A stretch of DNA of 32,000 bases from an uncultured Spirochaetota bacterium (lineage in GTDB: Bacteria > Spirochaetota > Spirochaetia > SZUA-6 > Fen-1364), in the NCBI GenBank assembly GCA_963734545.1, contig CAVTHO010000006.1, forward strand, positions 146,537 to 178,536, in the 5' to 3' direction. Positions 1-10,146 of the stretch are shown piece by piece. Numbering within the stretch: position 1 is the first letter of the stretch; each line of letters starts with the position of its first letter. The notes beneath the pieces are model-generated. The model was not told the DNA's origin and ran no database searches. It was given only the letters and a program-made list of their open reading frames with translations. The position numbers were made by a program, and so were the translations under genes.

Positions 1-1736
1 GCTCAGCCGCCTCGATGAAGCGAGCGTACCCGCGCCGCCGCGCGACGCCGCGCCTGCTCCCCGCCGTGGCGGCAAACACGGCGGGAAGGCCGCCGCAAAG
101 CGGAAGGCGTCCGCCTCCCCGCCCTCTGATTCTCCCGCTTCCGAAGAGCCTGCGCCGGCCCCCGTGCCGCGGCGCGGGGCCGCTCACGACCTGCCGCATC
201 GAGGTGCGCATCGACGGGCGATTCCCGTGAAGCGTACCTGCGGTCATTCCTCGTCAAAGCGCGGCTGGAGCGCATGGGCACGATCCAGGGCACCGATCCG
301 TCGCCGGAGACCCTCAAGGACGCGGACAGCCCCTTTGTCTATGTCGTGACTCTGGATACCCGCGAGGCGCCTGACTCCCTGCCTGCCGCGATCTGTTTCG
401 ACCAGGTATCCGTCGCGCTTGTCGGGCCGGAAGATGAAGCGCCGGACGCAAATGGCTCGGCGGTGCGCCGCCTCCTGCCTCCGCCGTCAAGGATGCGCAC
501 GAGCAGTTCCTGCAGAGCGCGAGACCCGACGAGGTGGTGCGCGTGTCCGTGCAGAAGCTGGACACTCTTCTGAACCTCGTCGGCGAGCTGGTCATCTACA
601 ACTCGGGATTCGTCGCCACCACCCAGCAGCTTCGCGAGCAGTACGGAAAGACCCGCTTCATCTTCGACCTGGAGGAAAAGACAGAAGCCCTCTCCGCGAT
701 CACCCGCGAGCTGCAGGACGGCATCATGAAGGCGCGGATGCTCCCCATCGCCAACGTCTTCAACCGCTTCCGCCGGGTCGTGCGGGACCTGGCAAAGAGG
801 AGCGGCAAGGCGGTCTTCCTGGACGTGGTCGGTGAAGAGACGGAGATCGACAAGAAGGTGATCGACCGGATCGGCGAGCCGCTCGTGCACCTCGTGCGCA
901 ATGCCGTCGATCACGGGCTCGGAGACTGCCGCGCAGCGCGTGGCCGCTGGGCAAGAGCGCCGAGGGGACGATCCGCCTGGGCGCCTACCAGGAGGGAGAT
1001 CACATCTGCATCGAGGTGGCGGACGACGGCCGCGGCCTGGACAAGGAGGCGATACTCAGGAAGGCCCTGGAGAAGGGCCTGATCAGCCGGGAGGAAGCGC
1101 CCTCGGCGAGCGCGGAGCGCATTCTCGGCTTCATTTTCCTGCCGGGGTTCAGCACGGCGCGCATCGTCTCCGACATCTCGGGCCGCGGGGTCGGCATGGA
1201 CGCGGTGAAGCGCGCGGTGGACGAGATGAGCGGCAGCCTTCGGGTACGCTCCACGCCGGGCGCGGGCACCACGGTGACCATCACCCTTCCCCTCACAATG
1301 GCCATCGTCACGGCGGTGCTCGTCGAGGTGGCGGGCTCCACCTATGCCATTCCGCTCTCCGCGGTGCGCGAGATCGTGAAAACCAACGACTCGATACTGA
1401 AGACCGTCGGGAACGCGCCGGGTCATGCTCCTGCGCAACGAAGTCCTCGCTCTCGTCAACCTCGGCAGCGCGCTCGAGGATGAGCGGGCCGAACGGTCCG
1501 AGGAGCTCCAGGCGGGATACCCGATCGTGGTGGTGGACTTCGAGGGCAAGAAGATCGGCCTGGAGGTGGAGAAGATCCACGGCACCCGGGAGGTCGTCAT
1601 CAAGAGTCTGAGCCGCCACTTACCGCGAGGTGGAGGGCCTCATCGGCGCCTCCATCCTCGGCAACGGAAAAATCGCGCTGATCGTGGACGTGGAGACGCT
1701 CATCGGCCTTCATCACCACGACGGCCAGCGGAATAG
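1..1736 (+). CDS. cheA: CheA-type chemotaxis histidine kinase, 5' partial (runs off window), reading frame repeatedly broken in this assembly
   Basis: Fragments in all three + frames join into one CheA. Linker/P2-like part: CRIEVRIDGRFP then EAYLRSFLVKARLERMGTIQGTDP. P3: VRVSVQKLDTLLNLVGELV from 534. P4 HATPase: IGEPLVHLVRNAVDHG, ICIEVADDGRGLD, GRGVGMDAVK, PGAGTTVTITLPLT. P5 CheW-like: STYAIPLSAVREIV, PIVVVDFEGKKIGLEVEKIHGTREVVIK, GNGKIALIVDVETL. Frame switches near 230, 460, 925, 950, 1420 and 1620. The 3' end is uncertain (TAG 1734-1736 in one frame; another frame stays open into cheC). Confidence 0.8.
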
Positions 1737-1783
1737 CGGCCGGCAGGGCAGCGGGCATATTCGAGGAGGCTGCCGCGGCATAC

Positions 1784-2572
1784 GTGCCGCCCGCGCCGCA
1801 TGCGATGGCCGCAGCGGCGAGGCCCCCGCGTCGAACGAGACCCGCCCCGCTTCCGAAGAGCGTCCCGCCGGTCGAGCCGGCCGAAGATCCAGCAGACGGA
1901 ACAATCCATTGCAGGAGCTTGCCCGCATCGTGGCCGGGGAAAAGGGAAAGCTCCTGGAAGAAGTGCACAACGCGGGGGCCATCCAGGCCTCCATTTCCCT
2001 CTCCCAGTTCACGGGCAAGGAAATCCGGGTGAGTTTCCCCGAGTCACGCATGGTGGCCATCAAGGACGTGGCCGAGCTCCTGGGGGGCGAGGAATCCACC
2101 GTGGGGGGTATCTACGTCGGGGTCAGCGGCGAGCTGATCGGGGGCATCCTGCTGGTCATCCCGGAGAAGAACCTGCTGAAGATCGACGACATGCTGCACG
2201 GCCGCCCGGTCGGGACCGCCCGACAGGTGGCGGAGGTCGACGTCTCGGCGATGTCCGAGCTGGGAAACATCCTTGCCTGCTGCTTCATCAATGCCATCGC
2301 CGATTCGGACAACATCGGGGCGAACGCCGAGGTGCCCGAGATGAGCATCGACATGTGCCTGCCGGTCATCGACTCGGTGCTGGCACGGTTCAATCAGCCC
2401 GGCGACAGCCTCCTCCTCACGGAGGCCGTCGATCTACGGCGGAGGCATGGACGACGTGGTGTGCCACCAGCTCCTGTTCATGGAGCCGGATTCACTGCGT
2501 CGGCTCATGGATACGCTCTCGGGAAAGAGTGCGGTCCCTCACCTGCCGCCGCAGGGCTCAGAGGCCCTGTGA
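1784..2572 (+). CDS. CheC/CheX-family CheY-P phosphatase-like protein (5' boundary unresolved, one frame switch near 2435)
   Basis: CheC-like domain from about 1905: LLEEVHNAGAIQASISLSQFTGKEIRV, then SAMSELGNILACCFINAIADSDNIGANAEVPEMSIDM. The second phosphatase site is intact (S-x3-E-x2-N-x22-P). The first site keeps ExxN but has K at the D/S position. The restored C-terminus IYGGGMDDVVCHQLLFMEPDSLRRLMDTL ends at TGA 2570-2572, 1 nt before the cheD ATG. No stop separates it from the CheA P5 frame in ORF 1630..2598. ATG 1784 is only one candidate start. Confidence 0.6.
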
Positions 2573-2573
2573 G

Positions 2574-3062
2574 ATGGCAGCCAACACCGTCAACGTGAAG
2601 ATGGCCGAGATGGACGTGGTGACCGACGGGCGCAGTCTGAAGACCATCCTCGGCTCGTGCGTCGGGGTCATTCTCTGCGATCCCGTCCGGCGCGTGAGCG
2701 GGCTGGCGCACGTGATGCTGCCCAACAGGCACAGCGGAGACGCCTCCACCGGCAAGTACGCCGACACGGCGATCCCCGCGCTTCTCTCCCGGCTCACCGA
2801 GAGCGGCGGGCGCCGGGGCTCCCTGCAGGCATTCCTGATCGGCGGCGCGCAGATGTTCCCCATGGGAAACATCAGGATCGCCTCGATTGGAGACCAGAAC
2901 GTGGAGGCCGCGCGCAGGATCCTCACGGAGAGCAAGATCCCCATTGTGTTCCAGGATACGGGAGGAAAAGCGGGCCGTACCGTGCTGTTCGACAACGCGA
3001 CCGGCCAGGTGTCCGTGCGGACCCTGCAGGCCATCGAGGGCAGAGGAGAATCCACGAAATGA
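2574..3062 (+). CDS. cheD: CheD chemoreceptor glutamine deamidase
   Basis: The last 163 codons of ORF 1800..3062, starting at ATG 2574: MAEMDVVTDGRSLKTILGSCVGVILCD, GLAHVMLP, IGGAQMF, IPIVFQDTGGKAGRTV. This is the typical CheD family pattern with conserved Cys and His. It sits next to the CheC-like gene, as in CheC/CheD adaptation systems. Confidence 0.88.
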   Translation: MAANTVNVKMAEMDVVTDGRSLKTILGSCVGVILCDPVRRVSGLAHVMLPNRHSGDASTGKYADTAIPALLSRLTESGGRRGSLQAFLIGGAQMFPMGNIRIASIGDQNVEAARRILTESKIPIVFQDTGGKAGRTVLFDNATGQVSVRTLQAIEGRGESTK

Positions 3063-3077
3063 CACCCGCGCCCGCTG

Positions 3078-3917
3078 TTGCGCTGCCCACGCTCGACCCA
3101 GGAGACATTCGACAAGTTCCGCGCGTTGATCTACGAAAAAACCGGCATCCACATGCGGGAAGGCAAGCAGATCCTGGTTTCCAACCGGCTGCGCAAGCGC
3201 GTCTCCCTGCTGCACCTCGCCAGCTACGAGGAGTACTACGCGCTGCTCACCTCGGGAAAGCAGGCCGAGAAAGAGATGCCGCATTTCATCGACGCGGTGA
3301 GCACCAACGAGACCTATTTCTTCCGCGAGGAAAAACATTTCACGGCGCTTTCCCGCATCATTCTCCCGGAGCTTTTCCGGACGGAAAAGCGGGTGCGGAT
3401 CTGGAGCGCCGGCTGCTCCACGGGAGAAGAGGTCTACACGCTCCGCATCGTGGCGGATGAAGCCGCGGAGGCGGCGGGCGCCGCCGACGTACAGATCGTG
3501 GGGACGGACATCAGCACGACGGTGATCGCCCGCGCGCGGGAAGGGATCTATCACGAACGGGCCCTCCGCCTCGTTCCCGCCGCGCTGCTCGCGCGGTGTT
3601 TCGTTCCCGCGGGTGAGGGCGCCTACCAGGTGCGCCCCGAGATCCGCGCCCGGGTCGATTTCACGGTGCACAATCTCTTCCAGGATCCCCCGCCGGCGGA
3701 CCGCATCAATGTCATCTTCTGCCGCAACGTCATGATCTATTTCGACAAGCAGACGCAGGCGACCCTGGTGGACGGTGTTTTTGCCCGGGCGATCCATCCC
3801 GACGGGTACCTCTTCATCGGGCATTCGGAGTCGATCAGCGGGTTCAGCAAGCGCTTCCGCTATGCCGCCATCCTCAAGGCGCCGATCTATCGTCCCAAGG
3901 GGGAGGGAACGCCGTGA
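3078..3917 (+). CDS. cheR: CheR chemotaxis protein methyltransferase
   Basis: ORF 3078..3917. FDKFRALIYEKTGI is a CheR N-terminal motif. RIWSAGCSTGEEVYTL is the SAM-binding motif, followed by FCRNVMIYFD and GYLFIGHSE. The true start may be ATG 3059 (ATGA overlap with the cheD stop), joined by a frame switch near 3100. Confidence 0.9.
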   Translation: MRCPRSTQETFDKFRALIYEKTGIHMREGKQILVSNRLRKRVSLLHLASYEEYYALLTSGKQAEKEMPHFIDAVSTNETYFFREEKHFTALSRIILPELFRTEKRVRIWSAGCSTGEEVYTLRIVADEAAEAAGAADVQIVGTDISTTVIARAREGIYHERALRLVPAALLARCFVPAGEGAYQVRPEIRARVDFTVHNLFQDPPPADRINVIFCRNVMIYFDKQTQATLVDGVFARAIHPDGYLFIGHSESISGFSKRFRYAAILKAPIYRPKGEGTP

Positions 3918-4999
3918 TCCGGGTCATGGTAGTCGACGATTCCCCCCTCGTGCGGAGGATCGCCACCGATATCCTCAGCGCGGACCGCGAAATATCCGTT
4001 GCTGCCACCGCCGCGAACGCGGAGTTCGCCCTGCTGAAGCTCGAAAAGGAGCGCCCGGACGTCATCACGCTGGACATCGAGATGCCCGGCATGGGCGGTC
4101 TGGAGGCGATCCGGCGGATCATGGCTGTCCGGCCCACGCCCATTATCGTCCTGAGCGCTCACGCGCAGAGGGGCGCCGAGCTCACCCTGCAGGCCCTGGA
4201 CCTCGGGGCCGTGGATTTCGTCGAAAAGCCGTCGAGCTCACTGTCCGGCGGAATCGCGGCGATATCCATCGAGCTCGTCGAGAAGGTGAAGAGCGCCGCG
4301 CGGATAGTCTTCCACGAGCCGCCGCCCGCCCCCCGCGCGCCCCTGCCCGAAGCCCCGGCCGGCCCGCCGCCCGCCGCTCTTTCCGCGGACGGCGATGGCG
4401 GCGGATTCGATCTGGTGGCCATCGGCACGTCCACCGGGGGCCCCGTGGCGTTGAAGACCGTGCTCACGATGCTGCCCCGCGAGCTGCCGGTCGGCGTCGT
4501 GGTCGTGCAGCACATGCCGCCGGTGTTCACCAAGGCGTTCGCGGACCGGCTGAACGCCTGCTGCCGGGTCTCGGTCAAGGAAGCGGAGAACGGCGACCTG
4601 ATCGCGCCCGGCCAGGTGCTCCTGGCACCGGGGAACTGGCACATGACGGTGTCCCGGTTCGGCGGTGAAGCGCGCGTGCTTCTCAACCAGGGCGAGAGCG
4701 TGAACGGCCACCGACCCTCGGTGGACGTGCTCATGCACTCGGTGGCCCTCGAGTTCGGCAGCCGGGCCCTCGGAGTGATCATGACCGGCATGGGGAAGGA
4801 CGGGGCGGACGGGCTGCGCGCGCTGAATCGGAGAGGCGGGCACGTGATCGCCCAGGACAAGGAGAGCTCGGTCATCTATGGAATGAACAAGGAGGTCGTC
4901 CAGAACGGGGACGCGCACGAGGTGGTGCCCGTGAACGACATCGCGGCGAGGATCCAGGAAAGGCTGCGCGGCAGATCGCCGGCAAGGAAGGCAACATGA
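3914..4999 (+). CDS. cheB: CheB response regulator / protein-glutamate methylesterase
   Basis: Intact 361-aa ORF with a GTG start overlapping the cheR stop (GTGA). Receiver: VMVVDDS, DVITLDIEMPGMGG. Methylesterase domain: AIGTSTGGP, VVVQHMP, NGHRPSVD, MTGMGKDGA. Confidence 0.93.
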   Translation: MIRVMVVDDSPLVRRIATDILSADREISVAATAANAEFALLKLEKERPDVITLDIEMPGMGGLEAIRRIMAVRPTPIIVLSAHAQRGAELTLQALDLGAVDFVEKPSSSLSGGIAAISIELVEKVKSAARIVFHEPPPAPRAPLPEAPAGPPPAALSADGDGGGFDLVAIGTSTGGPVALKTVLTMLPRELPVGVVVVQHMPPVFTKAFADRLNACCRVSVKEAENGDLIAPGQVLLAPGNWHMTVSRFGGEARVLLNQGESVNGHRPSVDVLMHSVALEFGSRALGVIMTGMGKDGADGLRALNRRGGHVIAQDKESSVIYGMNKEVVQNGDAHEVVPVNDIAARIQERLRGRSPARKAT

Positions 5000-5286
5000 A
5001 CTTGAAGGATCGATACGGCCTGGAGACGCTGGGCAACAGGACGCAGGAGCTGGTGTTCGAGGCCATCGAACGCATGATCGAGGAGGGCGCCGACATGTGC
5101 ACCTGCGAGGAATGCGTCACGGACCTCGCCGCATGGACGCTCAACCATGCGACCCCCCGCTACTATACCTCGCTGCTGGCGCCGCTGAGCCCCGACCCGG
5201 TCCGGGAAAACAAGATGCGCGTGGAAATCGAGCTGGCGCTCGCTGCCGGGCTGAAGAAGCTCGCCCAGCATCGCCATCACGGGTGA
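4996..5286 (+). CDS. ComFB-domain protein (late competence development protein ComFB family)
   Basis: Intact 96-aa ORF whose ATG overlaps the cheB stop (ATGA). It has the family-typical Cys cluster and following helix: ADMCTCEECVTDLAAWTLNHATPRYY (CxCxxC ... LN..(t/p)P.Y). Confidence 0.75.
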   Translation: MNLKDRYGLETLGNRTQELVFEAIERMIEEGADMCTCEECVTDLAAWTLNHATPRYYTSLLAPLSPDPVRENKMRVEIELALAAGLKKLAQHRHHG

Positions 5287-5298
5287 GACGAGGGGGCA

Positions 5299-6417
5299 TT
5301 GACGACTATGCTGGCAAAGGGCAGGAGGGGGCCCGTGGAGGAAGGAACCGGTCTCGAGATCCCGGCTCCCACGCAGCCTCCCGCCATACTCGTGGTGGAG
5401 GACCAGGGGGAAATCCAGTCCCTGGTGACCGCCATGCTGAAGATACGAGGTTTCGAGTGTGACCTGGCGGCGAGCCTCGCGGAGGCGCGCACGCTCATGG
5501 GCCGCCGCCGCTACGATATCCTCTTCCTCGACATGAACCTTCCCGACGGCTTCGGGCTCTCCCTGATCGAGGAGGAGAGGACGGACGCCCCGCTGGCGAT
5601 CGTCATGACCGGCAGGAGCGACATCCAGACAGCCATCCGCGCCATTCGCGACGGCGCCATCGACTTCATCACGAAGCCGTTTTCCGTCGGCCACTTCCTG
5701 CAGCGTCTCGACAAGGCGATGGACGAGTGGAAGACGCGCAGGAGCGTCCAGTACTACGCGCGTGCGCTGGAGACCCTCGTGCAGCTCAAGACGGACGAGC
5801 TCACCCGCACGTCCCGGCAGATCGACGAGGTGCGTGACATGACGGTGCTGGCGCTCGGCGCCGCGCTCAATCTCAAGGACCACGAAACGGCCGATCATTG
5901 CTCGCGCGTTTCGCGGAACAGCGTCGCCCTGGGATCGCTGATGAGCCTTTCCGAGCTCGAGCTGAAAAACCTGAAATGGAGCGCCTATCTCCACGATGTC
6001 GGCAAGATCGGCATTCCGGAGCACATATTGCTGAAGGCCGGGGACCTGGAGGCTGATGAGCGGCGCATCGTGGAGAAGCACCCCCTCATGGGCTACAACA
6101 TGGTGCGCAACATCCAGTTTCTCGCCTACGCGACGGATGTGGTGCTCGGCCATCACGAGAGGTACGACGGCAGCGGCTATCCCCAGGGGCTGAGCGCTTC
6201 CCGCATCCCCCTGCACGCGCGCATATTCGCCGTGGTGGATACGCTGGACGCGATGACGTCCGATCGGCCTTACCGGGCGGCGCTTCAGTTCTCCACGGTG
6301 CAGACCGAGCTGACGCGCTGCGCGGGAAAGCAGTTTGATCCCGAGATCGTGCAGATATTTCTTGCCGCCCCCGTGACGACGTGGCTCGTCCAGGGACCGG
6401 TTGCAGCACAAACCTGA
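5299..6417 (+). CDS. Response regulator with HD-GYP domain (RpfG-like c-di-GMP phosphodiesterase)
   Basis: Intact 372-aa ORF. Receiver: ILVVEDQGE, YDILFLDMNLPDGFG, FITKPF. HD-GYP domain: ETADHCSRV, AYLHDVGKIGIP, EKHP, GHHERYDGSGYPQGL, DTLDAMTSDRPYR. Confidence 0.92.
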   Translation: MTTMLAKGRRGPVEEGTGLEIPAPTQPPAILVVEDQGEIQSLVTAMLKIRGFECDLAASLAEARTLMGRRRYDILFLDMNLPDGFGLSLIEEERTDAPLAIVMTGRSDIQTAIRAIRDGAIDFITKPFSVGHFLQRLDKAMDEWKTRRSVQYYARALETLVQLKTDELTRTSRQIDEVRDMTVLALGAALNLKDHETADHCSRVSRNSVALGSLMSLSELELKNLKWSAYLHDVGKIGIPEHILLKAGDLEADERRIVEKHPLMGYNMVRNIQFLAYATDVVLGHHERYDGSGYPQGLSASRIPLHARIFAVVDTLDAMTSDRPYRAALQFSTVQTELTRCAGKQFDPEIVQIFLAAPVTTWLVQGPVAAQT

Positions 6418-6435
6418 CCTGTAAGGAGAGTCATT

Positions 6436-6945
6436 ATGGATTCGATGAAAGATCGGAAGGGCACGGGTGATCTGAAGCAGTTCATCAGCTTCTCGATCGG
6501 GGAAGAGGAGTACGGACTGGAGCTCCTCCGCGTGAAGGAGGTCATCCGCATCCGCGAGATCACCTGGCTCCCGAAGGCGCCTTCGTTCGTCAAGGGCATC
6601 ATCAACCTCCGGGGTGACGTGATCCCCATCATCGACCTGCGGGACAAGTTCGGTCTCGAGGCCAAGGAGGCCACGGCGATGACGCGCGTCATCGTGGTGG
6701 AGGTGGAGGGCAGGATGATCGGCATGGTGGTGGATTCCGCCAGCCAGGTGGTGCGCATTCCGGCGGACCAGATCGATCCCCCGCCGCCCATGCTGGGAGG
6801 GTTTTCCCAGGAGTTCATCACCGGGGTGGGCAAGCTCGACGACAAGCTCATCATCCTCCTGAACACGGACGCGATCCTGACGATGGAAGAGATGAACGCC
6901 CTCAACACGATAGACAAGACGACGGCGGACGCGCCGTCCGCCTAG
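6436..6945 (+). CDS. cheW: CheW coupling protein
   Basis: Intact 169-aa ORF preceded by AAGGAGAG. QFISFSIGEEEYGLELLRVKEVIR, KGIINLRGDVIPIIDLRDKFG, GMVVDSASQVVRI and LIILLNTDAIL are canonical CheW domain features. Confidence 0.93.
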   Translation: MDSMKDRKGTGDLKQFISFSIGEEEYGLELLRVKEVIRIREITWLPKAPSFVKGIINLRGDVIPIIDLRDKFGLEAKEATAMTRVIVVEVEGRMIGMVVDSASQVVRIPADQIDPPPPMLGGFSQEFITGVGKLDDKLIILLNTDAILTMEEMNALNTIDKTTADAPSA

Positions 6946-6978
6946 CGAGGCCGCAGGAAAGGGCCTGACGGCACCCGC

Positions 6979-9900
6979 ATGGCGCACGCATCCACCGAGA
7001 CGCCCCGCTCCTCGCCTGCTCCCGAGACGGGAGCGCCGCGTCTGGAGATCGAGCCCCTGCTCACGACCCACCGGATACTTCGAAGCATTCGACGGGAAGA
7101 AGAAGGGGCTGGAGTGGCTGCACGGCGACCTCTTCGATTCCCGGTCTGCCCGGTGGCCCTCTCCGCCCTGGAGGCGGTGGGCGCAATCGGGGACGCCCGA
7201 AGCTTCCCCCACCTTGCGCGGCTCCTCGGCAGCGCACCGGAAGCGGTGCAGTGCGGCGCCGCGCGCGCCATCGGGATGCTCTGCTCTCCCGGCGGGCCTC
7301 GCGCTTCTCATCAGGCTTCTCAAAACCACGCGCAGCGAAAAGCTGCGCCGCGAGATCCTGGGGGCGCTGGCAACCGCCGCGCCGCAGGACAAGGACGTGG
7401 CGGAGCATTCTCCGTCAGGTGGCCCGCGCGCCCATGGCGAGCGCCCCCGCGCGCGCGCATGCGGCGGGGCTTCTCCTGAAGATCGGTGGAGAGAGCGCGC
7501 TCGAAGAGCTGCTCCCCGGCTCGCAGGCGGAGACACTCTGCCCAGATTCTCCGCTCGGCCGCGGAATACTGCCGCGGTACGTGGCGCCTGATTCCGCGCA
7601 CCGTCGCCTACTGCGCGCCGCTGTTCGCCAACCTGCCCGTCGCGGACAGGGCGCTGCTCGCCGGTCTGGCCGCCCGCCAGGCCCTTCCCGAGTCGGCGGC
7701 GGTGATTACACGCGCCCTCGCCGATCCGCACGTGGAGGTGAGACGCGCCGCCTATGCGTGCATCGGCACGGAGCCCCATCATGCGGCGCTGATCCCGGAC
7801 ATCGTGGACCACCTGGCAGGGTCCGTGGAGGAAACGCCCAGCATCGAAGACGAGGTGCAACAGGCACTGGCGCGCCTGGCGAAGATCGGGGCCGGCGCCA
7901 TCGTATCCGGTGGATTGGGCGCCACCGTACCCGGTGGGTTCGCGCCGGAAGTGATTCCGCACGCGGTGCGCGCAAAGGTCATCGCCCGGATCGGCGATCT
8001 CTACAGACAGCTCAGCGCCGAAGGCCGGCACGTCTCCAGCGACACCCACGAGCTGGGGTGGTTGATCATGCGGTCCAAGGAATACCTGGAGTACTACGGA
8101 AACGAGGATTTCAAGGCGGCTCTTCTTCGCTGGTTCAAAGGCGCCAGCCAGGACACCACGGACACCATGCTCCGCATGCTCAAGGCCACCTCTTCCCGGG
8201 TTGAAGTGCGGCACTTCGATGGATACTCCGCGCTCAGCGACCTGATCAAGAACCCGCGCCGGACCGGCATTGCGCTCGTGGGAAGGGAGCTGGTGCTCGT
8301 CAAAATGGGCAAGAGCCGCATCTTCTGGCATCTCATCCGTGTTCTGCGATTGTCCGCTCTCTTCCTCACCCCGGTCGCGCGCGGACCGGAGGCGGCCCTG
8401 ATCCGCACGATCTACGCCTGGTCGAAACAGGAGAAGCTGTTTCGTCTCGCGGAGGCTGCCCTGATGGCCCTGGCCAGGGTCGACGCCGCGCACGCCGTCT
8501 CGGCCTGCAAGGAGTGCCTTGCCCTGCCCCTGGCGAGCAAGGTGCTGGCGATCGCCTCGCTGCATGTCCTTCGTGATCTCAGCCCGGAGCAGCTCGAGCC
8601 CTCCGCCATTCAGCTCCTTGCCAATCTGGACGACCCCTACGTCACCCTGAACGCCATCGAGGCGATCTCCGTCGGGCCTCCCTCTTCCAGCGGCGAGCTT
8701 GCGAACGCGCTTCTCACCCGGCTCTCCCGCGCCACCAGCACCGAGGTGCGCGACTCGGTGGCCCGGTATCTCGGGGAAAAGATGACACTCGACATCATGG
8801 AGAGCCTCAAGGAGCCGGCTCTCAATGGGGACGACTCCCTGAGGGCCTCCGCGCTGGCAGTCATGCACCGCAGGATCGTCGGGGGGCTCGTGACCAATCG
8901 CGACGGCACGGTCGAGTTCCTCTACCGGGTGCTGCGCGGGGACCACGAGCCCAGCCGGAGATCGGCGGCGCTCATGCTGTGGAAGCTGGGTGACGACTAT
9001 GCCTCCGAGGTGCTGCGTGACTTCCTCTCGTCGGGGTCCGAGGACGCGACGATCGAGATCCTTCGCGGGCTGGAGGGCGCGGTTCGCGAGCCGCTTCCGG
9101 CGTCGCTCGCGCCCCTGCTCTCCCGCGGCAGCGCCCCTCTCCAGGCGGCGCTGCGCGACCTGCTTCTCCACACCGAGGACGAGGCGATGCGCGAAAAGGC
9201 ACTCGCCCTCGCCCTGCAGGTGAGAGGCGGCTCCCCGGACGAGGCGGGGGACCTTCCCCTCGGAGACCTGACCGCACCCGCGGTCGAGCTGCGCACCGAG
9301 CGCTCGTCGTTCCAATTCGAGCGGGAGAACATCCAGGAGCTGGTCATGTTCTTTTCCGACATCCAGGGATACTCGAAGAAGGCCGAGGTGCTCACGCACA
9401 TGCAGCTCTCGACCCTGATACAGGACTACGAGAAGATCCTTCTGGCGCACGTGGAGGCGCACCGGGGAGAGCTGGTGAAGCGCATGGGGGACGGCCACAT
9501 GATGGTTTTCCAGCGCCCGCTGGACGCCGTGCTCGCCGCCATCCGCCTGCAGAAGTCCCTGCTCCGCTTCAACCGCTACCGCGACGAGAGCTCGCGGGTG
9601 GTGATCCGCATCGGCATACATTCGGGGAAGGTGGTGCGCAAGGCGCAGGGGGACGTGCTGGGCAACGCGGTCAATATCGCGGCGCGGCTCGAGTCCTCCG
9701 CCCGGCCGGGCTCGGTCCTCATCTCCGACCAGGTGCAGGAAAGCGTGAAGGACGCGGTGCATTCGCGGGAGATCGGTCACATCACCGTCAAGAACATCAG
9801 CGAGCCCATCCGCGTATTCGAGCCCTACGAGATCGCCCTTGACCTGTCCCCGGAGCTCGACCCGCTCAAGAAGACGCGGCCCTCCGCCGTGCCTGCCCCT

Positions 9901-10146
9901 GCCGGTGCGGCGCCGGCCGCTCCTTCGGCCGCCGCGCGCGAGGGTCCCGCTGCCGCGGCCGTGACCCTGGACCGGGAGACGTACAGGGAGATCATCGCGT
10001 GTTTTTCCGCGCTCGCCGATGTGTGCCGCAAGGCCGACAGCGGGCAGATCGCCGTGTCCGCGCTCAGCGGGCAGGTGCTCGCGCGCTGGGGCCGGATCAA
10101 GGCCCGGCTTCCGGGCGTTGCGCGGAGCGCGGAGCCACAGCCATGA
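6979..10146 (+). CDS. HEAT-repeat protein fused to a class III adenylate/guanylate cyclase domain (N-terminal 600 nt frame-broken in this assembly)
   Basis: ORF 7486..10146 ends in a cyclase homology domain: VMFFSDIQGYS, VKRMGDGHMMVF, IRIGIHSGKVV, GDVLGNAVNIAARLES, GHITVKNISEPIRVFE. The large upstream part is helical repeat, e.g. ALADPHVEVRRAAYACIG. PBS-lyase/HEAT-like repeats sit in other frames between 6979 and 7560: LHGDLFDSRSAR, ALSALEAVGAIGDARSFPHLARLLGS, LLIRLLKTTRSEKLRREILGALA, AHAAGLLLKIGGESALEELL. About five frame switches (near 7072, 7150, 7275, 7395, 7550). The start codon is uncertain. Confidence 0.8.

Noticed and set aside
1800-3062. 420-aa ORF upstream-extended from cheD
   Set aside because: The first ~258 codons are an alternative frame of the CheC-like gene (Arg/Gly/His-rich, no motifs). 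A sensible CheD starts at ATG 2574, right after the CheC-like stop.
2505-3824. 439-aa minus-strand ORF, and similar antisense ORFs at 11922-13049, 18592-19962 (+), 21991-23301 (+), 24679-25827 (+) and 30116-31099 (-)
   Set aside because: All lie antisense to, or out of frame with, motif-supported genes. All translate to low-complexity Arg/Gly/Ala/Pro-rich sequence with no recognisable domain.
4876-9780. 1634-aa ORF on the minus strand, the longest ORF in the window
   Set aside because: It lies antisense to four well-supported + strand genes (ComFB, REC-HD-GYP, cheW, cyclase). Its translation is Arg/Gly/Ala/His-rich low-complexity sequence with no recognisable motif. Long stop-free antisense frames are expected at this GC content.
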